Of a stretch of DNA of 64,000 bases, positions 60,852 through 64,000 are shown one piece after another. Origin of the DNA: an uncultured Nitrospiraceae bacterium. GTDB lineage: Bacteria > Nitrospirota > Thermodesulfovibrionia > Thermodesulfovibrionales > SM23-35. A model generated the notes under the pieces. The model had not been told where the DNA came from. It worked only from the letters and a program-made list of their open reading frames with translations, and did not search any database. The position numbers and the translations under genes are program-made. Numbering within the stretch: position 1 is the first letter of the stretch; every line of letters begins with the position of its first letter. The stretch is from assembly GCA_963727775.1 (NCBI GenBank), contig CAVSHB010000004.1, forward strand, positions 160,001-224,000. Reading direction: 5' to 3'.

Positions 60852-62692
60852 CTATTAATGACAAATTTCAATTAGCTATTGAGTACTATCAAGAAGGAAA
60901 ATTAAAACAAGCCGAAAATATCCTTGGTGAAATAGTAAATCTTGAACCTGAAAATGCCGCTGCTCTACATTTTCTTGGAATAATACATTATTACTTTAGA
61001 AACTATGATTCCGCTGAAAAATATATTGAAAAGTCATTGTATTTGAAGCCAAATGAGGCTATTGCATATTTTAATCTCGCAAATACTTTCAGGGATGAGA
61101 AAAAAATTGATGAAGCGATAACTAACTATAAAAAAGCACTCGAAATCAATCCAAATCTCAGTGATGCATACTATAATTTAGCTATTATTTTTGAAGGAAA
61201 AGGTCAAATTGATGAAGCTGTAACCTGCTATGGGAAAGCTATACAAATTGCCCCTAACGACGCCGCTTCATACAATAATCTTGGAGTTGTTCTTCAGAAG
61301 AAGGGTCAAATCGATGATGCTATAGCTTGTTTTGAAAAAGCACTTCGAATTAAGCCAGATAATGCTAAAACCTATAATAATCTGGGAATTGCCCTTCATG
61401 AGAGAAAACAATTTGATGAAGCAATAACCAACTATAAGAGAGCTATCCAGCTTGACCCGAACCTTTCCGACGCACATAACAACCTCGGGAATTCGCTAAA
61501 AGAAAAAGGATTATTTGATGAAGCGGTGACTTGTTACACAAAGGCCTTACAAATGACTCCTGATCGTGCAGATGTCTATTATAACTTAGGCATCGTTCTT
61601 AAAGAAAAAGGTTCCGTTGATGAAGCTATTGATAACTATATGAAAGCCATACAGTTTTACCCGGGTTATATTGACGCATATAACAATTTAGGAATTGCTT
61701 TCAAAGAAAATGGGCAACTTGATAAAGCCATCAATTGTTTTAAAGATGCCCTGCAGATTAATTCAAATGATGTCGTTACACACTGGAACTTGTCTCTCGT
61801 TTTGTTGTTGTCCGGCAATTTCAAAGAAGGTTGGAAGGAGTATGAATGGCGGCTGAAAGTAAAAGATTTTTATCATCCTGATTTTTGTTGTCCCATTTCG
61901 AACGAATCTGATATGGAAGGTCGTACTATTTTACTCCATGCCGAACAAGGCTTTGGAGACACCATTCAATTCATCCGTTATGCTCCTTTGGTTGCACAAC
62001 GTGGAGCAGAAGTTATCGTTCGCTGTCAAAAAGAATTGGCGTCATTATTACAAGGGGTTAAAGGCATAGCTATGGTTATAGATTATGATAAACAACTTCC
62101 TGACTTCGACTTCTACTGTCCATTGCTTAGTCTCCCTTTGTTTTTCGGTACAACTCTTGAGAATGTTCCTGGGGAAACACCATATATTAACGCTGATCGA
62201 ATTTTAGTTCAGAAATGGAAAAACAGAATTAAGGATGCCGACCCTAAACTGAAAGTTGGGTTAGTGTGGGCTGGTAGAGAGCAGCGTTCCTTTTCACTTG
62301 AGTTTTTTTTACCGCTTTTAGAGATTGGAAATATTTGTTTTTACAGCCTGCAAAAAGGGGAAGCTGCAAAACAGGCAAAAAATTCTCCTTATGATTTGAA
62401 ACTTATCGATTATACAGAAGAATTAAATGACTTTTCTGATACCGCCGCATTACTTGATAATCTTGATCTAATTATCAGTATCGATACGGCGGTTGCCCAT
62501 TTAGCTGGCGCACTCGGAAAATCCGTTTGGACGTTATTGCCCTTTGCTCCTGACTGGAGGTGGATGTTAAACAGAGGATATAGTCCTTGGTACGCAACTA
62601 TGAGACTTTTTCGTCAACCGTCAAATGGAGATTGGAAATCAGTAATATCCAAGATTATAGTTGAACTTCAAAATAGATTATTGAATGGATAG
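60848..62692 (+). CDS. TPR protein with GT9-like glycosyltransferase domain
   Basis: TPRs; EYEWR, EQGFGDTIQF.RY, VGLVWAG, DLIISIDTAVAHLAGA, DWRW. Confidence 0.88.
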   Translation: MTINDKFQLAIEYYQEGKLKQAENILGEIVNLEPENAAALHFLGIIHYYFRNYDSAEKYIEKSLYLKPNEAIAYFNLANTFRDEKKIDEAITNYKKALEINPNLSDAYYNLAIIFEGKGQIDEAVTCYGKAIQIAPNDAASYNNLGVVLQKKGQIDDAIACFEKALRIKPDNAKTYNNLGIALHERKQFDEAITNYKRAIQLDPNLSDAHNNLGNSLKEKGLFDEAVTCYTKALQMTPDRADVYYNLGIVLKEKGSVDEAIDNYMKAIQFYPGYIDAYNNLGIAFKENGQLDKAINCFKDALQINSNDVVTHWNLSLVLLLSGNFKEGWKEYEWRLKVKDFYHPDFCCPISNESDMEGRTILLHAEQGFGDTIQFIRYAPLVAQRGAEVIVRCQKELASLLQGVKGIAMVIDYDKQLPDFDFYCPLLSLPLFFGTTLENVPGETPYINADRILVQKWKNRIKDADPKLKVGLVWAGREQRSFSLEFFLPLLEIGNICFYSLQKGEAAKQAKNSPYDLKLIDYTEELNDFSDTAALLDNLDLIISIDTAVAHLAGALGKSVWTLLPFAPDWRWMLNRGYSPWYATMRLFRQPSNGDWKSVISKIIVELQNRLLNG

Positions 62693-62730
62693 TAGGACAC
62701 TTAAGATTCCATATTTCAAACAATATCCCC

Positions 62731-63384
62731 ATGTTTGTGAACTCAATGATCAATAATGAATATATTAACAATACATTTCAGACGGCTCTTGGATATTATC
62801 AAGCAGGGAATTTATTAAAGGCCGAATCTTCCTGCAGAGAAATATTAGAAATTCAACCAGGCAATGCTGATATCTTGCATTTTCTCGGAATTATCTATTA
62901 TCAACTTGGGAATAATGATTCTGCCATAGCACATATTAAAAAAGCACTAATTCTCAATCCAGCTATTCCGGATGCTTATTATAATCTTGGAGTTATTTTT
63001 CATGATAAAAAACAGCTTGATGAAGCAATAACCTATTATCAGAAATCTCTTGATCTTAATCCAAACCATGTTGATGCATACTGCAATTTAGGAGTTGCAC
63101 TGAGCACATTTGATAGAATAGATGAAGCGTTAACCGTATTTGATAAAGCTCTTCAACTCAATCCGGCCCACCTTTTATCCTTGTGGGCACGGTGCATGTC
63201 ACAACTGTTTATCATTTATCCAGACCAAAAGAGCATCCATATCTCTCGTCACCGCTATCAGGATGATCTTATAAAAATAAAAGAACTCATATCTCTCGGG
63301 ATATCGTCGAAAGATCTCGAAACTTTGGTTGATGCAATCAGTAAACTGGCACCTTTCTATCTGGCGTATCAAGGTTTCAATGAT
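62731..63384 (+). pseudogene. Second TPR-GT41 protein truncated by IS256
   Basis: Paralogous to the 58722 ORF up to FYLAYQGFND, then IS sequence. Confidence 0.75.
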
Positions 63385-64000
63385 GATAGCGTAAGATCAA
63401 TTCTGCAAATATGAATCAGGGTATAATTCTCAATGGAAAAAGCAATCTCTCAAAGAGAGAAAGGAGAATTATACCCATGAGAAGAATTTTATCAAAGAAG
63501 GCGAAAAAAGTCATTGAGGATGGAGTGCAGGAGTTTATGGCGATGCCCCCGTTAGCGGAGTTGACGAGGATCGGAGCGAGGATGATGTTAGAGTCGGCGA
63601 TGGAAGAAGAAGTGACGGCATATCTTCAGAGAGACTATTATGAGAGGAATGCCTGCGCTAAAGGAAGCCGGAGTGGATCGAAGCCCAGAACCGTGAAGAT
63701 CGGTAGCGGTGATATAGGGCTAAAGATGCCGCAGGTAAGGAATGCCGGTGGCCCATTTCATTCCCGGATATTGCCGCCACGGATGACCCAGATGGATGAA
63801 ATACAGGAAATCATCCCTCTTTTGTATATGAACGGCCTGTCCAGCAGGAAGGTAAAGAAAGCTGTGGGTAAACTCATAGGCAAGAAAGGCCTGAGCCATC
63901 AGAATGTCATAAGGATCAGCGGCAGGATCGTCGATGAGTTCAATGCATGGAAGAAGCGGGACTTATCGATGCTGCAGGTGGTGTATCTTGTTCTGGACGG
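63385..64000 (+). mobile_element. IS256-family element, 5' part; transposase from ATG 63477 runs off the window
   Basis: End GATAGCGTAAGA; LESAMEEEVTAYLQRDYYER..SRSG..PRTVK..G.I.LKMPQVR..LYMNGLSSRKV..LVLDG. Confidence 0.85.

Overview
This is a 64-kb chromosomal window from an anaerobic bacterium; gene content suggests Nitrospirota/Thermodesulfovibrionia or a deltaproteobacterium-like organism (inference only). It has seven parts. (1) 1-14.2 kb: housekeeping genes (SurA-like PPIase, UDG, nadK, tsaE, pgeF, nnr), an MshEN-fused PilT, ccs genes, htpX, and a three-gene cluster resembling bacterial ceramide synthesis. (2) 15278-20721: a nested mobile element with IS21-like ends and a 5-bp target duplication, holding a truncated RIT recombinase pair, a two-transposase IS481-like element and an IS110 remnant. 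(3) 20.8-23.6 kb: an FG-GAP surface protein, a radical SAM gene and scpA. (4) 23.7-29.4 kb: a hidden selenoprotein operon that the ORF track breaks up. It comprises ArsR, DsrE, a small Sec thioredoxin-like protein, an exported rhodanese-DsbD fusion with TWO in-frame UGA codons in its active-site loop, DedA, DnaJ and a methyltransferase, convergent with a Sec-containing selD. (5) 29.6-45.5 kb: Wood-Ljungdahl acsE-D-C-B-cooS, followed on the same strand by a HydABC/NuoEFG-like module with two CBS-fused HydB/NuoF paralogues; acsB and acsD each carry a single-base frameshift. (6) 45.8-54.2 kb: rimP-nusA-recG, pilD, a histidine kinase and a spermidine-synthase fusion. (7) 54.5-64 kb: a decaying AT-rich TPR/glycosyltransferase island hit by IS3 and IS256. 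No rRNA, tRNA or CRISPR array was seen. All calls come from reading motifs by eye; no searches were run.
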